The notes: a model not told the origin generated them from the letters alone. A stretch of DNA of 64,000 nucleotides from an uncultured Chloroflexia bacterium (GCA_963726245.1 CAVSBT010000019.1:85855-149854), one strand, 5' to 3'; positions 10,077 to 21,321 are shown, counted from the stretch's first letter. Translations and numbers: made by a program.

Positions 10077-10934
10077 TCAGCGGCGCGCGGGCGCTCCGCC
10101 TGTCGCCGGGCTTGGGTAGCCAACCGCCTCGGCCGTCCGGCGGCCGGGGGGCTGTCGCAGACAGTAGGCGAACCCCAGGATGGAGATAGCGATGACGCCC
10201 AGCGCTATCACCTGCGCCATCTTGAACTCCCAGAGAACCTGGTTGTCGAGGCGCAGGGCGCTGGTCCCGACCCGCATGAGCGAGTAGAGGAAGGCGTAGC
10301 TGAAGAAGACCAGACCATCCCGCTTGTAGAAGCGCCAGAGAAGGAAGAGCAGCCCGAATATGAGGAGGTCGCCCAGGAACTCGTAGGCCACGGCCGGGTG
10401 CTGTGGGGCCCGTCCGAAGCTGGGGCTGTTAGCGTGCGTGTAGATGACGGCCCACGGCAGGTCCGTCGTCTTCGCGAAGTGCTCGCCGTTGATCATGTCG
10501 CCGATACGCCCGATGGCCTGGCCGAGGACCATGCCGAAGGCGGCGGCGTCGAGGCCGGCCCGGATCGGCAGGCGTTGCCAGATGCCGTAGGCCAGGCCAC
10601 CCAGGACGCCGCCGATCAGCGCTCCGTAGATGGAGATGCCGCCTTCATTTATGCGGAAGATGTCCAGCAGCCTGCCTGCGAAGAGGCTATGGTTCTCCAT
10701 GACAAAGAGGGCGCGGGCGCCGATTATGCCCGCCGGCACGCCGACCAGGGCCACGGTGTAGGAGACATCCTCGATGAAACCCACCCGGGCCGCCATCTTC
10801 ACAGCTACCCACACGCCCAGGGCGATGCCGATCGCTGTGAAGACGCCGTGCCAGGTCAGCAGCAGCCCACCGAAGTGCGCTATTTCAGGATCGATGCCGA
10901 TCTTGATCGGGTCCCAGCCCCCAATGAGGCCCAT
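10077..10934 (-). CDS. lgt: Prolipoprotein diacylglyceryl transferase
   Basis: IIGARALFV, EGGISIYGALIGG, GQAIGRIGDMINGE, HPAVAYE. Confidence 0.93.
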   Translation of the reverse strand: MGLIGGWDPIKIGIDPEIAHFGGLLLTWHGVFTAIGIALGVWVAVKMAARVGFIEDVSYTVALVGVPAGIIGARALFVMENHSLFAGRLLDIFRINEGGISIYGALIGGVLGGLAYGIWQRLPIRAGLDAAAFGMVLGQAIGRIGDMINGEHFAKTTDLPWAVIYTHANSPSFGRAPQHPAVAYEFLGDLLIFGLLFLLWRFYKRDGLVFFSYAFLYSLMRVGTSALRLDNQVLWEFKMAQVIALGVIAISILGFAYCLRQPPGRRTAEAVGYPSPATGGAPARR

Positions 10935-11071
10935 CTTAGAGCTCTCCTTCCCGCGCCCCGGCGTTGAGCTGCGCTCGCATCTCCGCTATCAACCAAGACG
11001 CCTTCTTCTCACGTTCTTGCGGCGCGTCCGCCCTTGCTTCGTCCCAGTTCCAGTTCCCAGGTCCAGGTTCC

Positions 11072-11797
11072 TCACGGGCCGGCGGAGAAGGCCTTCTCGT
11101 AGAGGGCCCTCACCTCAGCCGGTGGCAGGTCCTGACCCAGATAGTGGCTGCCCAGCCAGATCTCGAAGTGAAGGTGGTTCTCGGTGTCGGGAGCGGTGAC
11201 CGACTCCGGGGTGCCGGAGTCGCCGACGTAGCCCAGCTCCTGGCCTACCTCCACCGTCACACCCACGTCGATTCCGGTCGCGATGCCCTCCAGGTGGGCG
11301 TAGCGCGTTACCAGCCCTCCGCCGTGGTCCACCCAGATCTGACGGCCGCGAAAGGTGTCCAGGATGTCGGGGGCATTCGCCTCGCCCTGAGCAAGCCGCT
11401 CATTCAGCGACTGTAGCTCGTCCGCGGTCAGGTCGTGGTAGTTCCAGGTGGCGCGAACCACGCGCCCCGCCTTCACCGCCCGCACCGGCGTTCCCCGCAC
11501 AATGGACACGCAGTTGTCGATGCCGTAGAAGTCGACTCCCTGGTGGATGCCGTTGCGGTACTGGCGAGGGGCGTTCGGCATCATGTCGTCACTGGTTGGC
11601 AGACAGGCGCCCTCGATAGGAAAGATGAGGCCCTGCACCTCGGTCACCGGCGCTACCGTCGCCGTCGGTTCCGCGACCGGCGAAGGCGTCGGCGCTAGGG
11701 GCGTAATCTGTACCTTCGACGAGCCCTCGCCGCTGTTGCAGGCGGAGACCAGCACAGCTAGGCATGCCAGCAGGGCCGGCACAAAGGCGGTGCGCAG
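11072..11797 (-). CDS. M23 family metallopeptidase, lipoprotein
   Basis: HQGVD, YAHL, HLHFEI motifs; lipobox LVSAC; AAGGAGG precedes CTG at 11797 (start uncertain). Confidence 0.85.
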   Translation of the reverse strand: MRTAFVPALLACLAVLVSACNSGEGSSKVQITPLAPTPSPVAEPTATVAPVTEVQGLIFPIEGACLPTSDDMMPNAPRQYRNGIHQGVDFYGIDNCVSIVRGTPVRAVKAGRVVRATWNYHDLTADELQSLNERLAQGEANAPDILDTFRGRQIWVDHGGGLVTRYAHLEGIATGIDVGVTVEVGQELGYVGDSGTPESVTAPDTENHLHFEIWLGSHYLGQDLPPAEVRALYEKAFSAGP

Positions 11798-11876
11798 GTC
11801 GGCTGCCTCCTTTCCCCGACGAGGGGAGATCGATTCAGGATAACCAGAGCCCGCGAGTCGGGCAAGTGTGTGGGTG

Positions 11877-13431
11877 TCAGGCAATCTGTCCACTCTGCCA
11901 GGCTATCTCGCCTCCCACCACCGTCATCTCCACTGTCAAGGCGCCCGTCGGCTTCTCCGACAGCACATAGCCTGCCCTCTCGACCCGCAGGCCGGACAGC
12001 AGCACCAGGTCGGCGCGCTTGCCGGCACACAGGCTGCCACGCTCGGGCTCGTCGAAGGCGGCGTAGGCGGCGGCGCGGGTGTGCATGGCCAGCGCCTCCT
12101 CGACCGATACCGCCTGGCCAGGCGCCACGGCTGCGCCTCCCGACGAGAGGCGCCGGACGGCTCCCACCAGGCCAGCGAGGGGGCCGGGCGGCGCAACAGG
12201 GGCATCGGAACCGGCCGCCACCAGCACGCCGGCCTCCAGCAAGGTGCGCAACGGGTAGAGGTGGGGCAGTTCCTTCTCCGGTACCTGCCTGAGATAGCGG
12301 TCGCCGTTGTGGTAGACGAAGGAGGGCTGGGTGACTACCAGCACACCCAGGGCGGCCAGGCGGCGGGCCAGGGCCGGCGGGCAGACCCCGCAGTGCTCGA
12401 TGCGATGCCGGTGGTCGCGGCGGGGTTTGCGCCTCAACGCGGCGGCCAGCGCGTCGGCGGCGGCTGCCACGGCGGCCTCGCCCACGGCGTGGATGGCCGC
12501 CTGCCGGCCGGCCTGGTGGACGCGCCACACCGTCTCCGCCAGCTCCTCCGGGCCGGGATGCAGCTCCTCGCCCAGCTCGGCGATGACAAGTTTGACGGGG
12601 CCGCGGCGCAAGGGCAGGGAGCCGTCAGCCTCCGGCATCTCACCCAGATGACGATAGCCCTCCATGAGAGTGACGGAAAGGGGCAGGCAGCCTTCGGCCA
12701 TGAGACGGCGGAAGAGCGCCCATTCCTCCGGGCCATTCGTCACCGTGGCGTCCTGAATGGCTGTCACGCCCTCGGAGAGCAAGGCCTGCGCCGCTCGACG
12801 CACCCCGGCCGAGAGCTCGTCGTAGGGCAGCGGCGGCACGAAGCCGTCTACGATGTCGTTCATCTCCAGGAGGAGCCCGCTGGGCTCGCCGGTAGAGACG
12901 TCTCGCTCCATGTAGCCGCCGGGCGGCTCCTCGCTGCCGGCGTCGAGCCCGACCAGGGACAGAGCGCGGCTGTTGAGGACGCAGGCCCGGCCGGTGCGGT
13001 GCACGAGGCGCACCGGATGGCGCGGCGCGGCCGCGTCCAGGTCCCAGCGCGTGGGATGGCGGCCCTCGGCCAGGTCCGTCTCGTCGTAGCCGGTGGCGCG
13101 CAGCCAGCGGCCCTCGGGCGTGCGGGCGGCCGCCGCGGACAGGGCGGCCTGGATGTCGGCTATCGAGCGGGCGGCCCGCGGGCTGCAGTCGATCGGAGAG
13201 GAGGGAGGCGGCGTAGGAGAGCAGGTGGCAATGGGCGTCGATGAAGCCGGGCAGTAGCGTCAGGCCGCGGCCGTCGACGAGTCGCGTCTCGGGCCGGCGG
13301 TGACGCGCCACCCACGCCTCGGAGCCCACGGCCAGGAGCCGGTCGCCGGCGACAGCGACCGCCTCCGCCAGCGGCCGGGACAGCTCCATGGTGAGGGCGC
13401 GCACGTTATGGAAGATGAGGCTGGCTGGCAA
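11877..13431 (-). CDS. Amidohydrolase family 3 (YtcJ-like), frameshift near 13195
   Basis: LLPGFIDAHCH, IHAVGE, HRIEHC, GSDAPV, GSLCAGKRADLV. Confidence 0.9.
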
Positions 13432-13539
13432 GCCGTCCTCCTCTGGGCGAGGCCGTCGAGCACGGCCCGCTTCTGGGGACGAGTAAGGCCGCCCGGAGGC
13501 TACCCGCGCGGCCCAGAGATCGATCGAGTGGGCGGGAGG

Positions 13540-13683
13540 TCAGTCGGCGGAAGGGAGGACCTTGGGCTGCATCAGCTTCATGGGAGCGCCGCAGCACTCA
13601 ACCCCGCCTTCTCCCGGCTTGATGCAGAGCACCTCGGTGCCACAGCTTTCGCACTGAAATCGCTTTCCCAGTTGGTTGGGCAT
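13540..13683 (-). CDS. Desulforedoxin-like microprotein, 47 aa
   Basis: MPNQLGKRFQCESCGTEVLCIKPGEGGVECCGAPMKLMQPKVLPSAD; CxxC...CC; AGGAGG RBS. Confidence 0.8.
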   Translation of the reverse strand: MPNQLGKRFQCESCGTEVLCIKPGEGGVECCGAPMKLMQPKVLPSAD

Positions 13684-13723
13684 TTGCGCCACCTCCTGGC
13701 CCCGGGGCGGTCCCTTCCAGCCC

Positions 13724-13843
13724 TCAGCTCTTGAGTTGCATAGGCTGGCCGCAGCAAACCAGCTCGCCGCTGCCCGCCCTGGTGACAATCATCTCGGTGC
13801 CGCACTTGGCACAGAAGTAGCGCTTTCCGACCTGGTTCGCCAA
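13724..13843 (-). CDS. Desulforedoxin-like microprotein, 39 aa
   Basis: (M)ANQVGKRYFCAKCGTEMIVTRAGSGELVCCGQPMQLKS; TTG start, GGAGG RBS. Confidence 0.8.
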   Translation of the reverse strand: MANQVGKRYFCAKCGTEMIVTRAGSGELVCCGQPMQLKS

Positions 13844-13906
13844 GGCGCTGCCACCTCCACGAGTCGAGAAGACAAGCTCCCCATCCGGCTTCGGGAAGCC
13901 GCTCAC

Positions 13907-13935
13907 AGTCTAGCCAGCGGACTCAAGGCAGTCAA
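13907..13935 (-). promoter_or_regulatory. Sigma70-type promoter for the microprotein pair
   Basis: TTGACT-17 nt-TAGACT. Confidence 0.6.
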
Positions 13936-13951
13936 GCGCTGGAGTTCTGGC

Positions 13952-15027
13952 CTACGTCTGGACCCCTGCGATGATGCCGCCCCCCAAGACCTCTTCGCCG
14001 CGGTAGAAGACGACAGCCTGCCCCGGCGTGATCGCCCGCTGTGGCCGCCGGAAGACCACGCGCGTGCCGCCGCCCTCCGGGTACACCTCGGCCGGGGCGG
14101 CCGGCGTTCGATAGCGGATCTTGGCGTCGACAGCGCTGCCGGCCGGGGGCGGCTCGCCGGCCACCCAGCGCACGTCCTCGGCCCAGAGTTCGTCCGCCAT
14201 CAGCTCTTCCTCGGAGCCGACGGTCACCAGGTTGTGGGCGGGGTCGATGGCGGTGACGAAGCGCTTCTCCCCCAGGGCCACGCCCAGGCCGCGGCGCTGC
14301 CCCACCGTGAACGCGGCCACGCCCTGGTGCCGCCCGATGATGCGTCCGCCGGCGTCGCGGATGTCGCCCGCAGACTGGGCCAGGCGCTCGCTGATGAACG
14401 AGCGGTAGTCGTTGTCAGGTATGAAGCAGATGTCGGTACTATCGGGCTTGCCGGCCACCGGCAGCCCCATCTCGCGGCCAGACCGCGCACCTGCTCCTTG
14501 CGGTAATCTCCGATGGGGAGGAGAAGACGGGAGAGCTGGGTCTGGTCCAGCGTGAAGAGCACGTAGGACTGATCCTTCTCGCCGTCCACGGCACGGAGGA
14601 GGCGGTAGCGGCGGTTGGAGCGCTCGATGCGCGCGTAGTGGCCGGTGGCCAGGAAGTCGGCCTCCAGGGCCACGGCGCGGGAGAGCAGCGAGGAGAACTT
14701 GACGTGCTCGTTGCAGGCGAGGCAAGGGTTGGGCGTACGGCCCCGCTGGTACTCCCGCAGGAAGTAGTCCACCACTGACTTCTGGAACTCGCGCTCCAGG
14801 TTGAGGACATAGTGCGGTATGCCCAGGGCCTGAGCGGCCTGCCGGGCGTCGTCGATGTCTTCAACTGAGCAGCAGCGGCGGCGATGGCGGGGCGCTTGCG
14901 GGTCGTCCAGGGTCCAGAGGCGCATGGTGACGCCGATGACTTCGTAGCCCCGGCGGGCCAGGAGGCCGGCCGCGACAGCGGAATCGACGCCGCCGCTCAT
15001 GGCGACGACGACGCGGGGTAGCTTCAT
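13952..15027 (-). CDS. mnmA: tRNA 2-thiouridylase MnmA (frameshift near 14478)
   Basis: AMSGGVDSAV, TPNPCLACN, ATGHY, KDQSY, DSTDICF, TVGQRRGL, ITPGQAVVFY. Confidence 0.95.
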
Positions 15028-15317
15028 GACAATTCATGGTATAACATCGAGGTTTGCAGGGGAATCGGTTTAACGAGGCCAGGGCATCAGGCTAGCATGT
15101 CGCTATCTGGCCTCACACGTTCGATTGGTGCCAACCACCACAACCCTGAGAACCAGGCCATCTTCGAGAACGTAAGAGATATGGGGGAGTCGGCGACTTT
15201 CGCGCCAGGGCATTCGTGTATCGTGGACACGTGGGAGACGCCGTCCGTCGGTCGCGATCGCATGCATAGGGGTCTCGCATACGTATACTGGGCGCCGGCA
15301 ACGAAGTTGGGATCGAC

Positions 15318-18300
15318 ATGGATGAATTGAGGCAGTCCGGGATCGAGGTCGAACTACTGTACGACACGGCGTTGTTCGCGAACCTGAACGACGCCATCAT
15401 AGCCACCGACACGAACTGGGTGCTCACGGCCTGGAACCGCGCTGCGGAGGAGATGTTCGGCTGGAAGGCCGAGGAGGTGCTGGGGAGGCCCTCGCAGGAG
15501 GTACTCCCCACCATCGAGCTCGCTGGGCGGCCCCCGCCGAGAGACGATGCGCGCCGCGCTCTGGCCGAGGCAGGTCGGTTCCGTGGTGAGTTAGCCTATC
15601 TGCGTAGGGACGGACGGCCGGTCGACGTCGAGACCAACGCCATCACCCTCCGAGACCACGAAGGCGCGGTCACCGGCTACGCCACGGTCATGCGTGACAT
15701 CACCGAGCGCAAGCGGTGGGAGGAAGAGATTCAAGAGCCTCGCCAGGTTCCCCTCCGAGAACCCCAACCCGGTGTTGCGAGTGAGCGAGGATGGCAGGCT
15801 CCTCTATGCCAACGAGGCGAGCAACCCCTTGCTGCCTGAGTCAGGCGCCGCGATCGGCGGGCCTGCCCCTGCATTCCTCCAGGCCCTGGCCAGGGAAGCA
15901 CTCAACAAGCAGTCAGCCACGACTACCGATGTCGAGGCGTCCGGCCGCACGTGGTCTCTCTCGGTCTCACCCGTTGTTGAATCTGGCGACGTCAACATTT
16001 ATGGGCGTGACGTCACCGAGCGCAGCCGGGCCGAAGAGATGGTCCGCAAGAGTGAAGAAGAGCTTAGCAGACTAAACAGAACGCTGAAGGCGTTAAGCGA
16101 TTCTAATCAGGCGATGATGCGCGCACGCAATGAGGCGGATTATCTGGACGAGGTCTGCAAGATCATTGTCGAGGACTGCGGTCATTCTATGGCGTGGATA
16201 GGATTCGCCGAAGAGGATGAAGCAAAGACCGTACGTCCGGTGGCGCAGGCAGGGTTTGAAGAAGGGTACCTTGAAACTGCGGATATCACATGGGCGGACA
16301 CCGAACGCGGCCGGGGGCCAACAGGCACGGCTATACGCACCGGAGAACCCGCTATTTGCAGGAACATGCTGACTGATCCCAGTTTTGCACCCTGGCGCAA
16401 AGAAGCTGTGAAGAGAGGATATGCCTCATCGATAGTTCTCCCGTTGACCATAGAGGGTAAGGCATTCGGCGCGATAAACATATATTCAAGAGACCCTGAT
16501 CCTTTCTCCGAGAAGGAAGTGCGGTTGCTTTCCGAATTGGCCGATGACCTTGCTTATGGAATAGCGGCCATACGATTACGTGAGGAGCACGCAGAGGCCG
16601 AGGAGGCGCTGCGCGACGCCAAGCAGTCGTGGGAGCGAACCTTCGATGCCGTACCAGACCTGATTGCAATCATAGACGAGCACCATCGCATCGTGCGAGC
16701 CAACCGCGCCATGGCCCAGCGGCTGGGGGTGACCCCCGACGAGTGCGTCGGCAAGGTGTGCCATGACGCGGTGCACGGACTGGGCTGCCCGCCGGGGTTT
16801 TGCCCGCACGTGCGCACCCTGGCTGACGGCCGGGAACACGTTGCCGAAGTGCACGAGCCGCGCCTCGGCGGGGACTTCCTGGTCACGACCACGCCGCTTG
16901 CGGACGAGCAGGGGCGGCTCATCGGTTCGGTGCACGTCGCCCGGGACATCACGGAGCGCAAGCAGGCCGAGGAGGCGCTGCGGGAGACGCGGGACTACCT
17001 GGAGAAGCTGGTCGACTACGCCAATGCGCCGATCATCGTCTGGGACCCAAGCTTCACCATCACGCGCTTCAACCACGCGTTCGAACGGCTGACAGGGCGT
17101 CCGGCGGGCGAGGTGGTTGGCCAGCGGCTGGAGGTGCTCTTCCCCGAGGCCGAGCGCGCCGCTTCGATGGAGCAGATCGAGCGGACGCTGCGGGGCGAGT
17201 TCTGGGAGCTGATCGAGATTCCCATCCTGCACCAGAGCGGCGAGGTGCGGCGGGTGCTGTGGAACTCGGCCAACATCACCGCAGCCTGACGGCCGGACGG
17301 TCGTCGCCACCATCGCCCAAGGCACGGACATCACCGAGCGCAAGCAGGCGGAGCGGGAGATTGAACTGGAGCGCCAGCGACTCCAAACGCTGGTAGACGC
17401 GTCTCCCGTCGGCATCGTCCTCGCTGACGCCGCCGGACGTCTGCTGCTGGTGAACCGCGAGGCGCAACGCATATTTGGCTATTCCCATGTCGAGGGCGAC
17501 TCCGGATGGCACGATCGGGCGGTTCGTCGCCGCCCGGACGGTAGCGTCTATAGTCGCGACGAGCTGCCGCTCGAGCGGGCCCTCCGTCAAGGCGAGACGG
17601 TGCAGGCTGAAGAAGTCTGGTTCCACTTCCCCGACGGTCGGACCGTTCCGACGCTGACAAATGCCACACCGTTGTACGGCGCCAGCGGGGAGATAACGGG
17701 TGCCATTGCCATCATCCAGGACATCACTCCGCTGGAGGAGATAGAGAAGCTACGCAGCGAGTTCCTGGGCATGGTGACCCACGAGCTGAAGACGCCACTG
17801 ACCGCCATCAAGGGCTCGGCGGCCACGGCGCTCGGAAGCTCCAGGCCGCTGGACGCCGCTCAGGTGCGGGAGCTGTTCCAGATCATCGATGGGCAGGCGG
17901 ACCGGTTGCGCGAGTTGGTGGACGACCTCCTGGACATGACCCGGGTCGAGGCGGGCTCCCTTTCCATCAACCCTGAACCCCTGGATCTGCGGGCAGTCGT
18001 CGAAGAAGTTCTGCCAACCTTTGCCAGGAGCGCCGGCCTGCGAGAGGTCCGGCTGGAGTTGCCGGACGATCTGCTGCCGGTCAAGGCGGACCGGGGCCGG
18101 ATCGGGCAGGTGATGGCGAACCTTCTCACAAATGCTGCCAAGTTCTCACCGGCCGAGACGCCGATCACCATTTCGGCGGAGCAGGACCCCCTCAACGTCA
18201 CGGTCCACGTCCGAGATGAGGGCCGCGGGATCGCCAGGGAGAAGCTGCCCCTGCTGTTCAAGAAGTTCGCGCGTTTGCACGAAGACAGCGGGCACGGATT

Positions 18301-19195
18301 ATCGAGCACCGGCCTGGGCCTTGCCATCTGTAAGGGGCTCATCGAGGCGCATGGCGGGCGCATCTGGGCAGATAGCGCCGGAGAGGGCCATGGGACCACC
18401 TTCAGCTTCACGCTGCCGGTCGCCGCCCGGGACGTAAGCGTCGCGCCTGCCAGCGTCGAGCGGGGACCCGTCCAAACGCAGAGGGTCACCCGGCCCAGTG
18501 AGCGGACGCGCGTCCTCGCCGTAGACGATGAGCCGCATATCCTGCGCTATCTCCAGCGTTCCCTCAGTGAGGCAGGGTACCAGGCGATAGTGACCGGCGA
18601 TCCTTCGGATGTCGTGGGACTCGTGGAGCTGGAGGAGCCGGACCTGGTCGTGCTAGACCTCAGGCTTCCGGGCACGAGCGGGTTCGAGCTGCTCCAGCGC
18701 ATCCGGGAGCTTTCGCAGGTGCCGGTCATCTTCCTCACCGCCAGTGGCCGCGAGGAGGATGCGGTGCAGGCCCTCAAGTCGGGCGCGGATGACTACATCA
18801 CCAAGCCTTTCTCGCCCTCTGAGCTGCTCGCCCGAATCGAGGCCGTTCTCAGGCGCAGGGCAGCGGCCGGCGAGACCGAGGCGCGGCACCCCCTGGCGTT
18901 CGGCGACCTGACCATCAACTTCGCAGAGCGTGAGGTGACGCTGGCGGGCCAGCCGGTCTCCCTCTCCGCTACCGAGTACAAGCTGCTCTACGAGCTGGCA
19001 ACCCACGCGGGGAGGGTGCTCACCTACGACCAGATCCTCCAGCGCGTGTGGGGGCCCGAGTACTCGGGTGAGACCGAGCTGGTGCGCTCCTTCATCCGCA
19101 ACCTTCGTCGCAAGCTGGGCGAAGACGCCCGCAATCCCCGGTTCGTATTGACGGAGCGCCAGGTCGGCTACAGGATGCCCAAGCCCCAGGGTTAG
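15318..19195 (+). CDS. Multi-PAS/GAF hybrid histidine kinase fused to receiver and OmpR-type winged-helix domains (frameshifts near 15735 and 17285)
   Basis: Several PAS-end RDITERK motifs, GAF (GRGPTGTAIRTG), HELKTPLT, NAAKFS, GLGLAIC, VDDEP/LDLRLP/KPF receiver, LSATEYKLL...VGYR wHTH. Confidence 0.88.
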
Positions 19196-19485
19196 GCCGA
19201 CTCCCTCTCTCCAACCTTCACGCCGTTTTCATGAACCAGGCCCACGTCTTCATACTCGCTACACAGGCCGGGGCGAAAATGCTTCTTGGCCTCGCGGTGA
19301 GGGCGACGCTCTGATGTCGGCTCACACCAGGCCGGTGAAAGCGCGGTGGTTCGCGAGAGGACAGGCGGCTTCTCCTCGCGGACAAGAGTTCGCCGGCAAG
19401 CAGGGCCAGGGGGGATGTTATTAGCGGGCCCCGACCTGCGGAGGGAGGGTTGGACCCACGGCTTGCGGAAGCCACGGGTCGAGAC

Positions 19486-19935
19486 ATGATGGCGACAGCA
19501 GCTCTCCGGGAGGTCCGGGTGGAGATCAGGCCCGACAAAGGCCGGCGGCGGGTTCTGGTGGTAGAGGATGACGACGGCGTGGCGGGTATGCTCGCCATAT
19601 GCCTGGCGGCAGGCGGGTTCCAGGCCTCCAGAGTCGCCTTCGGCGGCGAGGCGCTCGCCATCCTGGAGCGCGAGCCGATCGATGCCGTCGTCCTCGACCT
19701 CTCCCTCCCGGATGGTCTTGGGAAAGCGGTACTGGACCGGCTGCGTGAGCCCGGCAGTTGCTCCCCGGCCTACCTGGTCATCTCCGCCCTCGAGCGTGGA
19801 GAGGTGATGAGTAAGTTCGGGCCCCCGCGGGAGAGATTCGTGCCCAAGCCCTTTGACCCTTGGGTTCTCATCGGGAAGCTGGAGGAGCTGTTGAAAGGGT
19901 CGGAACAATTGCCGACAGAAGGAGAGTCAGGATGA
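19486..19935 (+). CDS. Single-domain response regulator (receiver)
   Basis: VLVVEDD, VLDLSLPDG, ISA, KPF motifs. Confidence 0.85.
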   Translation: MMATAALREVRVEIRPDKGRRRVLVVEDDDGVAGMLAICLAAGGFQASRVAFGGEALAILEREPIDAVVLDLSLPDGLGKAVLDRLREPGSCSPAYLVISALERGEVMSKFGPPRERFVPKPFDPWVLIGKLEELLKGSEQLPTEGESG

Positions 19936-20118
19936 CCCTGGCAGTTCGAGAGCCGGTCAGCGCAGTCAGTGACGACGACCTCCTTCACTTCGCCATCAAG
20001 TGGGTCAAAGAGAACCGAGAGGATGGGTCCGGACTTCGTGTCGGAGGTGGCGGTGGTCCTCGAAATACTAAGGTCTGAGATGCGAGAGCCGCCCTCCCTG
20101 GTCGAGAGCTACGGATAG
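19932..20118 (+). CDS. Small hypothetical protein (probable frameshift near 20020)
   Basis: ATGA overlap with the receiver gene; MTLAVREPV...KENRE then GPDFVSEVAVVLEILRSEM...YG* in the next frame. Confidence 0.4.
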
Positions 20119-20201
20119 CTCGTGCGCATGTTTACAGCGATGGACGCCATGCCCATAGGAGAACGGCGATGCTCACGTGGAGCCGCACCCGCGAAAGGAG
20201 A

Positions 20202-20408
20202 ATGATGATGGTCTGGCCAAAGGCGTGCCCCCATTGCCACGGAGATCTCATTCGCGACCTGGACCTGGACGGACCCTACGTGGGCTGTATCCAGTGCGGC
20301 CGCGCCCTGAACGAATCGCAGGAGCGCACGCTGCTGGGACTGTCCACCACCCGCTCCAACGGGAAGATTACGACCTCCTGGTCACGAGCGGGAAACCGAG
20401 CCGCGTAG
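20202..20408 (+). CDS. Small zinc-ribbon protein
   Basis: CPHCHGDL...CIQCG; AAGGAG RBS before ATGATGATG. Confidence 0.7.
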   Translation: MMMVWPKACPHCHGDLIRDLDLDGPYVGCIQCGRALNESQERTLLGLSTTRSNGKITTSWSRAGNRAA

Positions 20409-20486
20409 TCTGTGGAGTACCGTAGCCCGCAAACGCTTGCAGTCGGCCGTGCTATAATGCTCCCAACTACAGCCGGGAGGGAGCTT

Positions 20487-20831
20487 CTGGGCGGAGCCGA
20501 CCTCGCGCGACACATGGTTGACCTGCTGGCCGAGAAGCAGGCGGAGGACGTCCTGCTTCTCGACATAAGCAAGGTCACGACCTTCGCCGACTACTTCGTC
20601 ATCGCCTCGGTACCGAACGTTCGCCAGATGCAGGCCCTGCGGGACGCCCTGGACGAGGCCCTGGACCGCGACGGCCACGGCCCCGTCCGCAGCGAGGGCG
20701 ACATCGACTCCGGCTGGGTGCTGGTCGACGCGGGCGACGTCATCATCCACCTCTTCTCGCCGGAGCAGCGCGCCTACTATGACATCGAGCGGCTGTGGAG
20801 CAGCGGCACGCCGGTGGTGCGCATCCAGTAG
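20487..20831 (+). CDS. rsfS: Ribosome silencing factor RsfS
   Basis: EKQAEDVLLLD, ADYFVIAS, WVLVDAGDVIIHLF, YYDIERLW; TGCTATAAT -10 at 20450-20458; start uncertain (CTG 20487 or ATG 20514). Confidence 0.93.
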   Translation: MGGADLARHMVDLLAEKQAEDVLLLDISKVTTFADYFVIASVPNVRQMQALRDALDEALDRDGHGPVRSEGDIDSGWVLVDAGDVIIHLFSPEQRAYYDIERLWSSGTPVVRIQ

Positions 20832-20850
20832 CCCTTCCTCTACCCCTCGC

Positions 20851-21300
20851 CTATTCCACCAGCCAGCGGTCAATGGCTCGCTCGTAGCTAAGGATATCGG
20901 CTTCTCCGAAGAAGATGGGGATCTCCTTGGCTGCGCTCTCCGGCGAGTCTGAGCCGTGTACCATGTTGCGGCTGATCTCCAGTCCCAGGTCGCCGCGGAT
21001 GCTGCCGGGCGCGGCCGCCGAGGGCGCCGTCTCGCCCATCGTGCGACGGACGGCCTCGATGGCGTGGGGCCCCTCGAGGACGGCGGCTATGATTGGGCAG
21101 GAGGTGATGTAGGAGACCAGCCCTTTGAAGAACGGCTTCCCTTCGTGCACCGAGTAGAGCCGGCGGGCCTGGGCCTCGTCCACCTGGAGCAGGCGCAGGG
21201 CGGCGATGCGCAGCCCGCGGCCTTCCAGGCGCCTCAGCACCTCCATGGCCAGGCCTCTCTGAATGGCATCCGGTTTGACCAGGACCAGGGTTCTCTCCAT
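20851..21300 (-). CDS. ndk: Nucleoside diphosphate kinase
   Basis: ERTLVLVKPDA, PGSIRGD, NMVHGSDS. Confidence 0.97.
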   Translation of the reverse strand: MERTLVLVKPDAIQRGLAMEVLRRLEGRGLRIAALRLLQVDEAQARRLYSVHEGKPFFKGLVSYITSCPIIAAVLEGPHAIEAVRRTMGETAPSAAAPGSIRGDLGLEISRNMVHGSDSPESAAKEIPIFFGEADILSYERAIDRWLVE

Positions 21301-21321
21301 TTAGCTCTTCTCCTCTTGTGC

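Noticed and set aside
15097-15330. 77-aa ORF upstream of the kinase
   Set aside because: No RBS or motif; overlaps a likely promoter (TATACT near 15284)
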